Assembly: GCA_044892505.1 (NCBI GenBank)
Contig: CM097882.1
Span: 20,646,001-20,710,000, forward strand
Length of the DNA: 64,000 nt
Reading direction: 5' to 3'
DNA from: Schmidtea nova
Lineage: Eukaryota
The translations under genes were made by a program, and so were the position numbers. Positions 12,301 to 24,976 of this stretch are shown here, piece after piece (the first letter of the stretch is position 1; every line of letters begins with the position of its first letter). The notes beneath the pieces are model-generated. The model did no database searches. It saw only the letters and a list, made by a program, of their open reading frames with translations, and had not been told where the DNA came from.

Positions 12301-13867
12301 TTATTTCATTGACTTTAGTTATTAAAGCTTTAGCAGTAGATAGATAAGGAGCATTATTCTCTAAAGTTGTTGGGTTTAATAAATAATGTTCATTATTGTT
12401 GTAGTCGATGACAAGCAGGATTTGTTGAGCTTGTGGTGGAGCAATAATTGAAAAAACAACTTGTGCTTTAGTTAGACGATCAATATTTAAAAAATCATTC
12501 AAATATTGAGTGCAGTCATCTAATATTGCAGTGCAAATGGTATTGTTTAAAAATATGAAATTTTCACACAGATTTAAATTATTAAAATAAATTGTTAAAA
12601 TATTATTCGTAATTTTAAAATTTAAAAAGTTTAGATTTAATGCCACTTCACCAAGTATTTTAGAATGAATAGTGTCGAGCTTTTCAATTACTCTATCTCT
12701 ATTGCAAATAGATCCTGAAATATATTGCTCCAAAAACATTATGAAAGTCGTGGCATGTTCTATTGGATCATCAGAAAACATTGAAGTTCGAAAAAGAGTA
12801 TGACGATGTTGTTGAAATTTTATTGAATTTTCTAAGATAAATTTATTTAAATAAACTGTCATATTTTCTCCAATTCCCAGCAGTCATTCAGTTATATTCA
12901 TAGAACGAACGTCAAAAATATAACTGCAGCCAAGACTAATAGAACAAAGAAAGAGACACCAATAGTTATCATTTGGAACAATACTGATAATAATGCGAAT
13001 ATCCTTAAATTGTTTAAAAGTAATATTGTCTCTTATATAAATATTATTTTGATTAATCAAATTTATTGTTAGTTCAGGAGAAAACACAAGCACACTTGGA
13101 TCATTTTGAAACCACTTATTTAAGAGTGTAGAAACACAAGCTTTCTCGTTGTTAAGTTTTATTGGTTTAACAATGTTGTTATTTTGGTGAATATTCTTTT
13201 TAAGCGCCATTGCTTTATTTAAATTAATTTTATTAAGAAAGTGATTCTTTGGCAATCCACCACCCGATAATTTGACATTGTAATTTGATTGACCTTTTTT
13301 ATAATCATGGATCTGTTTTCTAATGTTCAAGATAAAATCATCAGGTAAACATTCCCATTCTCCACTAACAATCATTGCGTATGCACAAATAAAAGGTCCA
13401 CAATCAAAATCATTATTTTGATATTTGAGATTTTTAATTGGATTGTCAGTTATTTGGTTGTGACGTTTGAATTTATTATTTAATACTGAGTTTATTTTTA
13501 GAGCATTAACTTTGCTGTCTAATCTATTCCTATAATTAAAGATTGGATCAATAAAATAAGAAGTCAAAGAAGTCTTGCAATAAACAAACAAGACCCAATG
13601 GCAATTATTAATATTGAGAGGACACAATATTACTTGGGATTCAAAAATTGTTTGAGGTATCGGAAAAATATCATCGGTCATATTTGAGCATAAAATACTT
13701 ACAACAAAACATTTAATGAAAGCAAAACTAGGGTTGCTGATGTGACTTTCAAAGAAATAGTCAATGTCATCATCAGTGAACCAACATTTTAAATCATGAA
13801 TGTCAAGAGTGCATTCTGCATCAGTCTCGTCAGACAATGCAGTACATGTAGAGGCTGATGCAGGCAC
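9305..13867 (-). pseudogene. A1 ORF2 (Ulp1x3-RT-CCHC-RLE) with a premature TGA at ~12884
   Basis: ORFs 12884-13867 and 9305-12862 are in frame. AGA>TGA relative to intact copies. YADD, CRRCH..HVLQNC, ERVDL, DVKCP. Confidence 0.93.
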
Positions 13868-13873
13868 ATCCCA

Positions 13874-16221
13874 TCATTTGGTGATCGCCTTTGATAGTTT
13901 ATGGTCTTTTCTAGTAGTCATTTTTCTAATGTCTGTATTTTGAGGTGGTAAACAAGATGTAGATTGCGCATCAATATCAGTTTCTAAGAGAGCCGATTAA
14001 TTAATGCCAGTATTATTTGAATCTACGACATTGGAGCTATGCTAACATCTTTACAAGTGTCTTTAGAAATTTCAATAACATCAACAGATTCACTACTAGT
14101 CAGAAGATTTTCAAGAGAGTCAACAAGATCAAAGATAACTGAAGTCATTTCAGCATTACAAATTTTACGACATTTAATTGGAACCTGAAAATAATCTATG
14201 TTCTTATTCAAAAATCTTTTCTTGTCTCTTATTATAAAGTATATCAGTCGTTTAGCCTTGATTATGTTAATGTCATCACACTCAGAACGGAATTCATTTA
14301 TGTGTGAAAAGACAGAGTCTATTGCATTCAGTTGGTCACTTTTTAGGGGAAAAAAGTTATTAATTAATTTTAAAAATTTATTAATTCTTTTAATTGTATC
14401 TTGTGAAATTATATTTTTTAATTTATCAATCTCACAGGTCAGCATCCATTGTTTGAATTTTATAAGTTTTTCCTGACAACTAATTCTAAAGTATGAAGAC
14501 GAAGGTATTTTATCAACAAATTCAGAGCCCCACACTTCAAAAGAGTCAATAGTCAAGGAATCGCATTTAGCACAGTCTATAACTGAATGAATAAGTAAGG
14601 AATTACGGAAATAATTGACAACATAATTATCATAATTTATATTTCTTGAAGATTTAATATTACCTTTTAAGTTTAAATAATTAAGATAGTAAATTAATTC
14701 CACAATCTTAATAGGAGAAGCGGGTAATGATAAAAGTTGATCTAAATGCTTATCAGTTCTACACATTTCATGCAAATCAAATAACCCAATATTAAACATT
14801 ATATCAGAGGCATTGATAGAATCAGCTTCTTTCATCACAGATTTACAATCAACAGTAAATTTACCATCTATAAATGAAATGTTCTTTGGAAAATCCCTAT
14901 TTAATTTTAAACTATTAATTAAATTAATTAATTTATCAGGATTCTTTGAAATATTTTCAATAAAAATCATTTCTTTTAGTTCAGGGTAATCGAGATAGAG
15001 TTTATTTATTTGTGATCTTGTAAGATTATTTGAAATTAATTCAAAACCAGCATTATGACAATTATCAGAAGTGGAAAAGTCTTTCATTATAAAGTCACCG
15101 TCAACATACCTTATTTCTGATTTAACAAGAAAGTCTGGCAATTGTTTTTGCAATTTTAACAAATCTAAGGCTTTATTAATAACGCTTCCCTTTTTAATAG
15201 AGACAGTTTCTGCCAATTTGCTTGAGAGAGCAAATAAAAATTTTTTTATTTCTAAAGGTGCAGGAATGAGGTTATATGTAAAATTATCGGTAGCAATAAT
15301 ATCCGAAATAAATGTTTTTTTCTTATTTAGAATATTAAGGTTTTGAGGAAGTTGATTAGAGTTAGCCATTTTATTACTATTTAATTTAATCGAAGCACAA
15401 AAATTATTGTTTCGATAAAATATGTGATCAAAATCCTCAACAAACTTAAAATTTGAATTATTTATTAAAGAAAGTTCATAATTTATACGATGATATTTAT
15501 TTAGGGATTTCTTTAATTTTAATAGTTCTTTTAAACGTGGAAAATTATTAATTAAATTGGTACGCTCATTTTTAGTTAAAATCCGGGGTAAAAAATCAAA
15601 TTTAAATTCATCAATTTTAACATTTCTTTTCCCCTTATTTAGTGAAATTTTAACAGATTTTTTAATTAAAGTTTTACTAAAACTATCATCAGAAACTAGG
15701 TCTAAATTTTGACCGTCTGCTTCAGCGTAAGATTTATCAGAAGGTTTTGGTATATCATTTATATCATTAGAATTATTATTTAATTTTATATTACTATTTA
15801 ATTTAGAAATATGATTATTTTTATTATTATTAAAATTATGAAAATTAGGAGCATTATCAAAATTATTAACGTTTAAAGAATTCAAGATTCCAACAATCAA
15901 ATCAAGTTTACCCTGAAAATCAACAAAGTTCTTCTCCAGAGCAACCATTCGTTGGAAAAGTCCATCATCAGAAGTTGAAGGAAAAGAAATTCCATCTGAT
16001 TTTTCAGGGAAAATATCCATTTTAGATTGTCGGCAAGGTTCATATTTAAGCATAGAGATTTCTTTCGATCTTTTCTTTAAAATATCCATAAGAGATTGAG
16101 AAGATTGAATTTGTCTTCTCAGAAAATCAACGATTAGCATATTTTCATTTAGATTGGACTGATTACACAATAAATCATCAGAGTGACTCTGATTGGCCGA
16201 TTGCATAATTCCAGTGTGCAT
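13874..16221 (-). pseudogene. A1 ORF1 with internal deletions and a frameshift at ~14035
   Basis: Lacks 20 aa and 4 aa relative to the 806-aa copies; a 1-bp loss diverts the C-terminus. Confidence 0.9.
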
Positions 16222-16573
16222 GATTGAGTAGGATTATTTTCTTTTTTCAACGATTATACCAAACACAACAAATTTACTAGAAAATATATTATCTTTTATT
16301 CTTCTGTTTATTTCATCAAAATTAAAAGATTAGTTTTTGTTGGTTTGAATAATTTTTTATGAGAATATCGTGAAATATTTGTTTTTTTCATAGACGTAAA
16401 AATTTGAATGATATTTAAAAATGCACAACTAGACGTGAAAGATAGAAATGATTGAGTTTGAAGGATTTGGAATTTCAAAATGATTCATGTGTTTTATTGT
16501 GTAATATCTTATAAATTAAAAAATTTCATTGTTTGCTTTATTGATGATTCAAAACTGATTTTAAGAAAATATA

Positions 16574-16630
16574 TGCCCCCAGAGAGAATTGAACTCTCGA
16601 CCCCTGGTTTACGAGACCAGTGCTCTACCT
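16574..16630 (-). pseudogene. tRNA-Thr(CGT) lacking first ~15 nt, interrupted by element C in the D-loop
   Basis: Plus strand ...CCAGTGCTCTACCT|TTTAAAATTTTATT. Confidence 0.93.
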
Positions 16631-17128
16631 TTTAAAATTTTATTAATACAACAAGTTTTTTAATCTTTCTTTTTGAGAGGGCTCAGCTTGGAACCCGCCG
16701 TTCATTGAGTTTCTGCTCTAGAGAGACAAATTTCTTGTTTTTCGTAATTGAATTGTTGGAAGAAATATTGTCGTAACAGGCATCAATCTTTGAATGCTCT
16801 CTGGCTTCTCTGATGTTCTTCGGATAACAGTCCGGCTTTGCGCTTTCAGGTTTTTCAGGCTTATCTCTTGAAATTGGCAGATTTATTTAGATTGAATAAT
16901 TTTAAGTATGTCATTTTGGTTTGTAGTTCCATAGACATTATATTCTTCATCAATCAGTTTTCGGTAATTCATTTCTCTGGAATAAAACAAAGTATTTCCT
17001 GACCAGGTTGACAGGTGTAGAATATATTTAATTATCAAAGTAATAATGATAAGATCATAAGCAAATAAACATTTATCTAATCTAAAAACAACAATGATAA
17101 CGAAAATATCTACAGTTTCTTTAAATAA

Positions 17129-20100
17129 TTAAACACTCGGAAGAATTCCTGTTGCATGAAAGTGCCATGTCTTTGCAGAATGTGAGATATTACTCAAAGC
17201 ACATGCTTTCAAAAGACCATCTATTTTTCCGACAGGAACTCCCATTTTAGTAAGCAAATCATACGTGGCAGGTGGAACAGATCCTATTGAACCGATAATA
17301 CAAGTGTATAGTTCTACAGAAAAATTTGGTTTCGCCACTTGTATTTTCTTTTTCAAGCTTTCGTACTTGGTCAAATTATCTTTATCTGCATTTTCAAAAT
17401 TAACCAAAGAGTCAAAAGGACATTTTATATCAACCATAAGAATGATCTTTTTATCATTGTTTGTTATTATTAAATCAACTCGTTCATTAGAATCAGATAC
17501 ATAAGAACAAGTGTGATCTACAACTACAATCAGTGAAGGATCTTTCAAATGATTTACAATCTGTTGAAGGCATTCATTGTGTCGCCTAAGTGCTAAGGTT
17601 TGATGAACTTTACACATTTGCAGAACATGAGGTAAAGTTTCCTCTGCGCTATGACAACGTCTACATAACCTATCCTCAAGCTTCCTATAAGACTTTGAAA
17701 AATTGGCCAACGTGTTTGTTCGAGCACGATGAATGAATCTCCAGGAACTTTCACGCAATTCCCCTCTAAATATTGCTTTATTAATTTTAGGCGATAAACT
17801 AAATGTTATAGAGCCACTAGTATTACTATTTTTCCATTTAGTAAAGTAAGAGTCAGAAAGAGCAAGGTGAAAGATTTTAGATATTGAGCGTCTGTCTAAG
17901 CAGGTTAATATGATTGTTCCTTTTTCAATTGTTGTCAGACGAATAATAGGCTCATTCTTCAATACTTCAAACGATATTGAAATGTTGTGCATTTTTTCAA
18001 AAAATTGAATGGCTGTTCTTGGCCGATAGAATCTTGTTTTCTTACCATAATGTAGTCTAACATTATCAGCTCCATTAAGCCAGTTAAAGCTATCCTGGAG
18101 TGATGGGTTATTCTTTCCAAGTCGAGGTCCAGTTACGTATTTTAAGGAATCCAAATTAATCTTTTTGGTAAAAGGACAGTTTGATGTAAAAAGGCGGAAG
18201 AAATGACTTAATGTTTGTGTATGATATTCATCGAGAAGATCAGTACAAGATGCTCCTCCATTTTCAATTGAGTTATAAAAATAACTGATTTCAGAATGAC
18301 CAGACAAACTCATCATCTTTCTCAAATGACTACGAAGTTTTGTTGTACTGTTTCCAACATTAGCTGAAAGAGCACTAATTTTAATTTCTCTTGTTCTAAA
18401 AGGAAATATTAGACGCGAGTGTAGAAAAACCTTGTAAGCTTTCAGCTTTTGCCAACCATACAAGTCTGAGTCGGCAAGCTTTTTTGCATCACTGACTACC
18501 TTATCAAGTATTTCATAAGGACTTTGGTCAGCATCTTCACCTACTGGTACTCCAAGATATTGATAAAATTCTTTAGTTAATAATTTCTTGATGTTTATTT
18601 TATCAATAGTAATTTCACTCACCGTGTCCACACTCGGCAGTTGAATGTAGGCACATTTTTCAGGTCGATATTCAAAGCCTATTTCAGATGCAGTGTCGTA
18701 CGCAATATTTATAATCGTTTGCAAGTCCTTAGCATTATTAGCAATAAGAGCAATATCGTCAGCATATGCAAGAACTTGAATTGAAGATTCACCAATTTTA
18801 AAAGGACTGACATTTGAAAGACTAACCGCTTGAAGAACAGGATTGATTGCTATAGCAAACAAGACCATTGAAAGAGGACATCCTTGTTTGACTCCTTGTT
18901 TTATTGCAATGTTTGGTGTTACAATCGGACCACAAGTATAGAAAGAGCTAGTATCAGTGTACAAAAGTTTTAAAATCCTAGTAAATTTCTCACTCATTCC
19001 AATATGACGCAAAATTGCCCACATGTAATCATGAGGTACACTACCAAAGGCGTCCTTAATATCAAGAAATGCAATAGTTAAAGGTTTATTTTTACTGTAT
19101 TTCGAATGTTCAAGACAAGATGAAAGTATGGAATTGTGTTCAACACATCCATCATGAACAGAACCTCCTTTTTGTCCAACATGAAGAACATTATTTAGAT
19201 TTACCCACACTGTCAAACGTCTAGCTAAAATTGATGAGAATATTTTGTAGACAACAGATAAAAGAGCAATCGGACGCCAAGAAGAGATTAAAGTATATTT
19301 GTCACCCTTGTCAGGTTTAGGAATCATTAACGTTTTGAAGGATTTCCAAACGTCTGGAATTGTATTTTCCCTAATGATTTTATTAAATAAAAAGGTCAAC
19401 AATTTACCCTCTGGATCAAGAATTTCAATGTCCTTATATTCAATTCCATCAAGCCCAGGAGAAGTATTATCAGCGTTTTTCAACTCATAGAGTACCTCCT
19501 TTTCATTGATCAAATTCAAATTTAGAATATTTAAAGATTTAATTGCAAATTTAAAAATATTGTCATAATTCTTTAAAGTTGGATCTCTATGACTAAAATT
19601 ATCTATGTGATCTTTAATTGTTGGCCTATCCTTTATGTCGTCATTCATAAATATTTTATTTATTGTCTTTTTCATATTTTTATTAAAAGATGACGTCAAA
19701 TTAATTTTAGATGGCTTATCGTTATTTGTTTTGTTTCCCAAGTATGGCCTACGTAATTTAGTTAAATTGGCTACTTCTTTACTTTTTGCAATAGTACTAA
19801 TAATAAATTCCGCTATTTCGTTAACATTTGAATTTTGTAATGTTAACAAATGCTCATTTATTAAAATTATACGTTGATTTATTTTAAGTTTAACATGTTG
19901 TTTTTCAATTTGTAAAGTCGTTAATGGAATTTCCATACATTCTTTTACAGGTGGTAAGAGAGAATTCACAACATTTCCAATGTCATGTAAATTAATGTTT
20001 TCAAGAGACAAGTCTAGAGCATAGTTCTTGATGAAAGCACAGGTGAGAACCCTGCTTACAAGACCAGAACCTCGAACATCATGTGGACAATTACCAGTTT

Positions 20101-21691
20101 TGCTACAAAGACCAGGAGATTCTCGTATCTCATTGACTTTAGTTATTAAAGCTTTAGCAGTAGATAGATAAGGAGCATTATTCTGTAAAGTTGTTGGGTT
20201 TAATAAATAATGTTCATTATTGTTGCAGTCGATGACAAGCAGAATATGTTGAGCTTGTGGTGGAGCAATAATTGAAAAAACAACTTGTGCTTTAGTTAGA
20301 AGATCAATATTTAAAAAATCATTCAAATATTGAGTGCAGTCATCTAATATTGCAGTGCAAATTGTATTATTTAAAAATATGAAATTTTCACACAAATTTA
20401 AATTATTAAAATAATGTGTTAAAATATTATTTGTTATTTTAAAATTTAAAAAGTTTAGATTTATTGCCACTTCACCAAGTATTTTAGAATGAATAGTGTC
20501 GAGCTTTTCAATTACTCTATCTCTATTGCAAATAGATCCTGAAATATACTGCTCCAAAAACAGTATGAAGGTCGTAGCATGTTCTATTGGATCATCAGAA
20601 AACATTGAAGTTCGAAAAAGAGTATGACGATGTTGTTGAAATTTTATTGAATTTTCTAAGATAAATTTATTTAAATAATCAGTTATATTTTCTCCAATTC
20701 CTAACAATCTTTCAGTTATATTCGTAGAACGAACGTCAAAAACATAACTGCAGCCAAGACTAATAGAACAAAGAAAAAGACACCAATAATTATCATTTGG
20801 AATAATACTAATGATAATGCGAATATCCTTAAATTGTTTAAAAGTCACATTCTCTCTTATATAAATATTATTTTGATTAATCAAATTAATTGTTAGTTCA
20901 GGAGAAAATACAAGCACGCTTAAATCGTTTTGAAACCATTTATTTAAGAGTGTAGAAACACAAGCTTTCTCGTTTGTAAGTTTTATTGGTTTAGCAATGT
21001 TGTTATTTTGCTGAGTATTCTTTTTAAAAGTCATTGCTTTTTTTAAATTAATTTTATTAAGGAAATGATTCTTTGGCAATCCACCACCCGATAATTTGAC
21101 ATTGTGATTTGATTGACCTTTTTTATAATCATGGATCTGTTTTCTAATGTTCAAGATAAAATCATCAGGTAAACATTCCCATTCTCCACTAACAATCATT
21201 GCGTATGCACAAATAAAAGGTCCACAATCAAAATCATTATTTTGATATTTGAGATTTTTAATTGGATTGTCAGTTATTTGGTTGTGACGTTTGAATTTAT
21301 TATTTAATACTGAGTTTATTTTTAGAGCATTAACTTTGCTGTCTAATCTATTCCTATAATTAAAGATTGGATCAATAAAATAAGACGTCAAAGAAGTCTT
21401 GCAATAAACAAACAAGACCCAATGGCAATTATTAATATTGAGAGGACACAATATGACTTGGGATTCAAAAATTGTTTGAGGTATCGGAAAAATATCATCG
21501 GTCATGTTTGAGCATAAAATACTTACAACAAAACATTTAATGAAAGCAAAACTAGGGTTGCTGATGTGACTTTCAAAGAAATAGTCAATGTCATCACCAG
21601 TGAACCAACATTTTAAATCATGAATGTCAAGAGTGCATTCTGCATCAGTCTCGTCAGACAATGCAGTACATGTAGAGGCTGATGCAGGCAC
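17129..21691 (-). CDS. C ORF2 polyprotein: Ulp1-like protease x3, RT, CCHC knuckle, RLE (1520 aa, no AUG start)
   Basis: HW..D..Q..DCG; FLDIKDAFGSVPH, GVKQGCPLS, AYADD, YLGVP; CRRCHSAEETLPHVLQMC; ERVDL, DIKCP, KY. Confidence 0.95.
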   Translation of the reverse strand: MPASASTCTALSDETDAECTLDIHDLKCWFTGDDIDYFFESHISNPSFAFIKCFVVSILCSNMTDDIFPIPQTIFESQVILCPLNINNCHWVLFVYCKTSLTSYFIDPIFNYRNRLDSKVNALKINSVLNNKFKRHNQITDNPIKNLKYQNNDFDCGPFICAYAMIVSGEWECLPDDFILNIRKQIHDYKKGQSNHNVKLSGGGLPKNHFLNKINLKKAMTFKKNTQQNNNIAKPIKLTNEKACVSTLLNKWFQNDLSVLVFSPELTINLINQNNIYIRENVTFKQFKDIRIIISIIPNDNYWCLFLCSISLGCSYVFDVRSTNITERLLGIGENITDYLNKFILENSIKFQQHRHTLFRTSMFSDDPIEHATTFILFLEQYISGSICNRDRVIEKLDTIHSKILGEVAINLNFLNFKITNNILTHYFNNLNLCENFIFLNNTICTAILDDCTQYLNDFLNIDLLTKAQVVFSIIAPPQAQHILLVIDCNNNEHYLLNPTTLQNNAPYLSTAKALITKVNEIRESPGLCSKTGNCPHDVRGSGLVSRVLTCAFIKNYALDLSLENINLHDIGNVVNSLLPPVKECMEIPLTTLQIEKQHVKLKINQRIILINEHLLTLQNSNVNEIAEFIISTIAKSKEVANLTKLRRPYLGNKTNNDKPSKINLTSSFNKNMKKTINKIFMNDDIKDRPTIKDHIDNFSHRDPTLKNYDNIFKFAIKSLNILNLNLINEKEVLYELKNADNTSPGLDGIEYKDIEILDPEGKLLTFLFNKIIRENTIPDVWKSFKTLMIPKPDKGDKYTLISSWRPIALLSVVYKIFSSILARRLTVWVNLNNVLHVGQKGGSVHDGCVEHNSILSSCLEHSKYSKNKPLTIAFLDIKDAFGSVPHDYMWAILRHIGMSEKFTRILKLLYTDTSSFYTCGPIVTPNIAIKQGVKQGCPLSMVLFAIAINPVLQAVSLSNVSPFKIGESSIQVLAYADDIALIANNAKDLQTIINIAYDTASEIGFEYRPEKCAYIQLPSVDTVSEITIDKINIKKLLTKEFYQYLGVPVGEDADQSPYEILDKVVSDAKKLADSDLYGWQKLKAYKVFLHSRLIFPFRTREIKISALSANVGNSTTKLRSHLRKMMSLSGHSEISYFYNSIENGGASCTDLLDEYHTQTLSHFFRLFTSNCPFTKKINLDSLKYVTGPRLGKNNPSLQDSFNWLNGADNVRLHYGKKTRFYRPRTAIQFFEKMHNISISFEVLKNEPIIRLTTIEKGTIILTCLDRRSISKIFHLALSDSYFTKWKNSNTSGSITFSLSPKINKAIFRGELRESSWRFIHRARTNTLANFSKSYRKLEDRLCRRCHSAEETLPHVLQMCKVHQTLALRRHNECLQQIVNHLKDPSLIVVVDHTCSYVSDSNERVDLIITNNDKKIILMVDIKCPFDSLVNFENADKDNLTKYESLKKKIQVAKPNFSVELYTCIIGSIGSVPPATYDLLTKMGVPVGKIDGLLKACALSNISHSAKTWHFHATGILPSV

Positions 21692-21697
21692 ATCCCA

Positions 21698-24109
21698 TCA
21701 TTTGGTGATCGCCTTTGATAGTTTATGGTCTTTTCTATTAGTCATTTTTCTAATGTCTGTATTTTTAGGTGGTAAACAAGATGTAGATTGCGCATCAATA
21801 TCAGTTTCTAAGAGAGCCGATTTAATGACACCAGTATTATTTGAATCTACGACATTGGAGCTAACGCTAACATCTTTACAAGTGTCTTTAGAAATTTCAA
21901 TAACATCAACAGATTCACTACTAGTCAGAAGATTTTCAAGAGAGTCAACAAGATCAAAGATAACTGAAGTCATTTCAGCATTACAAATTTTACGACATTT
22001 AATTGGAACCTGAAAATAATCTATGTTCTTATTCAAAAATCTTTTCTTGTCTCTTATTATAAAGTATATCAGTCGTTTAGCCTTGATTATGTTAATGTCA
22101 TCACACTCAGAACGGAATTCATTTATGTGTGAAAAGACAGAGTCTAACGCATTCAGTTGATCACTTTTTAGGGAAAACAAGTTATTAATTAATTTTAAAT
22201 ATTTATTAATTCTTTTAATTGTATCTTGTGAAATTATATTTTTTAATTTATCAATCTCACAGGTCAGCATTCATTGTTTGAGTTTTATAAGTTTTTCCTG
22301 ACAACTAATTCTAAAGTATGAAGACGAAGGTATTTTATCAACAAATTCAGAGCCCCACACTTCAAAAGAGTCAATAGTCAAGGAATCGCATTTAACACAG
22401 TCTATAACTGAATGAATAAGTAAGGAATTACGGAAATAATGGACAACATAATTATCATAATTTATATTTCTTGAAGATTTAATATTACCTTTTAAGTTTA
22501 AATAATTAAGATAGTAAATTAATTCCACAATCTTAATAGGAGAAGCGGGTAATGATAAAAGTTGATCTAAATGCTTATCAGTTCTACACATTTCATGCAA
22601 ATCAAATAACCCAATATTAAACATTATATCAGAGGCATTGCTAGAATCAGCTTCTTTCATCACAGATTTACAATCAACAGTAAATTTACCATCTATAAAT
22701 GAAATGTTCTTTGGAAAATCCTTATTTAATTTTAAACTATTAATTAAATTAATTAATTTATCAGGATTCTTTGAAATATTTTCAATAAAAATCATTTCTT
22801 TCAGTTCAGGGTAATCGAGATAGAGTTTATTTATTTGTGATCTTGTAAGATTATTTGAAATTAATTCAAAACCAGCATTATGACAATTATCAGAAGTGGA
22901 AAAGTCTTTCATTATAAAGTCACCGTCAACATACCTTATTTCTGATTTAACAAGAAAGTCTGGCAATTGTTTTTGCAATTTTAACAAATCTAAGGCTTTA
23001 TTAATAACGCTTCCCTTTTGAATTTCATTTTTAATAGAGACAGTTTCTGCCAATTTGCTTGAGAGAGCAAATAAAAATTTTTTTATTTCTAAAGGTGCAG
23101 GAATGAGGTTAGATGTAAAATTATCGGTAGCAATAATATCCGTAATAAATGTTTTTTTCTTATTAAGAATATTAGGGTTTTGAGGAAGTTGATTAGAGTT
23201 AGCCATTTTATTACTATTTAATTTAATCGAAGCACAAAAATTATTGTTTCGATAAAATATATGATCAAAATCCTCAACAAACTTAAAATTTGAATTATTT
23301 ATTAAAGAAAGTTCATAATTTATACGATCATATTTATTTACGGATTTCTTTAATTTTAATAGTTCTTTTAAACGTGGAAAATTATTAATTAAATTGGTAC
23401 GCTCATTTTTAGTTAAAATCCGGGGTAAAAAATCAAATTTAAATTCATCAATTTTAACATTTCTTTTCCCCTTATTTAGTGAAATTTTAACAAATTTTTT
23501 AATTAAAGTTTTACTAAAACTATCATCAGAAACTAGGTCTAAATTTTGACCGTCTGCTTCAGCGTAAGATTTATCAGAAGGTTTTGGTATATCATTTATA
23601 TCATTAGAATTATTATTTAATTTTATATTACTATTTAATTTAGAAATATGATTATTTTTATTATTATTAAAATTATGAGCAATATCAAAATTATTAACGT
23701 TTAAAGAATTCAAGATTCCAACAATCAAATCAAGTTTACCCTGAAAATCAACAAAGTTCTTCTCCAGAGCAACCATTCGTTGGAAAAGTCCATCATCAGA
23801 AGTTGGAGGAAAAGAAATTCCATCTGATTTTTCAGGCAAAATATCCATTTTAGATTGTGTCTTGGGTAAATCATTTGCCTGAAAAGCATTGACGTTTCTC
23901 TCAAGTATCTCCAATCGTCGGCAAGGTTCATCTTTAAGCATAGAGATTTCTTCTGATCTTTTCATTAAAATATCCATAAGAGATTGAGAAGATTGAATTT
24001 GTCTTCTCAAAAAGTCAACGATTACCATATTTTCATTTAGATTTGACTGATTACACAATAAATCATCAGAGTGACTCTGATTGGCCGATTGCATAATTCC
24101 AGTGTGCAT
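21698..24109 (-). pseudogene. C ORF1 with a premature TGA (Trp>stop) at 22271-22273
   Basis: ORFs 22271-24109 and 21698-22270 are in frame; KQ*ML versus KQWML in other copies. Confidence 0.9.
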
Positions 24110-24461
24110 GATTGAGTAGGGTTATTTTCTATTTTCAACGATTATACCAAACACAACAAATTTACTAGAAAATATATTATCTTTTATTCTTCTGTTTATT
24201 TCTTCAAAATTAAAAGATTAGTTTTTGTTGGTTTGAATAATTTTTTATGAGAATATCGTGAAATATTTGTTTTTTTCATAGACGTAAAAATTTGAATGAT
24301 ATTTAAAAATGCACAACTAGACGTGAAAGATAGAAATGATTGAGTTTGAAGGATTTGGAATTTCAAAATGATTCATGTGTTTTATTGTGTAATATCTTAT
24401 AAATTAAAAAATTTCATTGTTTGCTTTATTGATGATTCAAAACTGATTTTAAGAAAATATA

Positions 24462-24533
24462 TGCCCCCAGAGAGAATTGAACTCTCGACCCCTGGTTTAC
24501 GAGACCAGTGCTCTACCTCTGAGCTATAGGGGC
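24462..24533 (-). tRNA. tRNA-Thr(CGT), type X
   Basis: Identical to 8509-8580. Confidence 0.96.
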
Positions 24534-24694
24534 TTAATATTTGAAACTTTGAAACTTATTTTTAAACAATCAATCTTTGAAAACATTAATTGTTGACAAA
24601 TTTCGAAAGGTTGTAAAGCTTGTCAAATAAAATTGAAATTAATTCAAGGTATTTTGACTTTATTCTAAATCTTTTAAATCAAAAAAAAATAAAA

Positions 24695-24766
24695 TGCCCC
24701 CAGAGAGATTTGAACTCTCGACCCCTGGTTTACAAGACCAGTGCTCTACCCCTGAGCTATAGGGGC
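24695..24766 (-). tRNA. tRNA-Thr(TGT), type Y
   Basis: GCCCCTATAGCTCAGGGGTAGAGCACTGGTCTTGTAAACCAGGGGTCGAGAGTTCAAATCTCTCTGGGGGCA. Confidence 0.96.
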
Positions 24767-24932
24767 TCGAAATTATTCTTGATTTGTGAAATCTTCTCAA
24801 TTCTTTTGGAGTTTCTAAATTCAAATTTTAAAATTTCTTAAATTTTCAGACACTAATTTTCGAAAAATTGTTGTCAAAGTTGTCTCAAAAAATTGCAAAA
24901 TGTCGACAAGACGATTTTCAATTTGGTAATTG

Positions 24933-24976
24933 ATTGTAAAAATTATTGCCCCCAGAGAGATTTGAACTCTCGACCC
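24933..24976. repeat. 44-bp direct repeat (candidate TSD) at the 3' end of element B; includes tRNA nt 43-72
   Basis: ATTGTAAAAATTATTGCCCCCAGAGAGATTTGAACTCTCGACCC also occurs at 32613-32656. Confidence 0.85.

Larger units (their letters stand above)
8784..16235 (-). mobile_element. RLE non-LTR retrotransposon, lineage A copy 1 (damaged)
   Basis: 3' junction in the tRNA anticodon stem; ORF1 plus ORF2; 5' junction in spacer L. Confidence 0.95.
16631..24123 (-). mobile_element. RLE non-LTR retrotransposon, lineage C (A-like 5' half, divergent 3' half)
   Basis: Distinct 3'UTR, divergent C-terminus, D-loop insertion. Confidence 0.93.
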
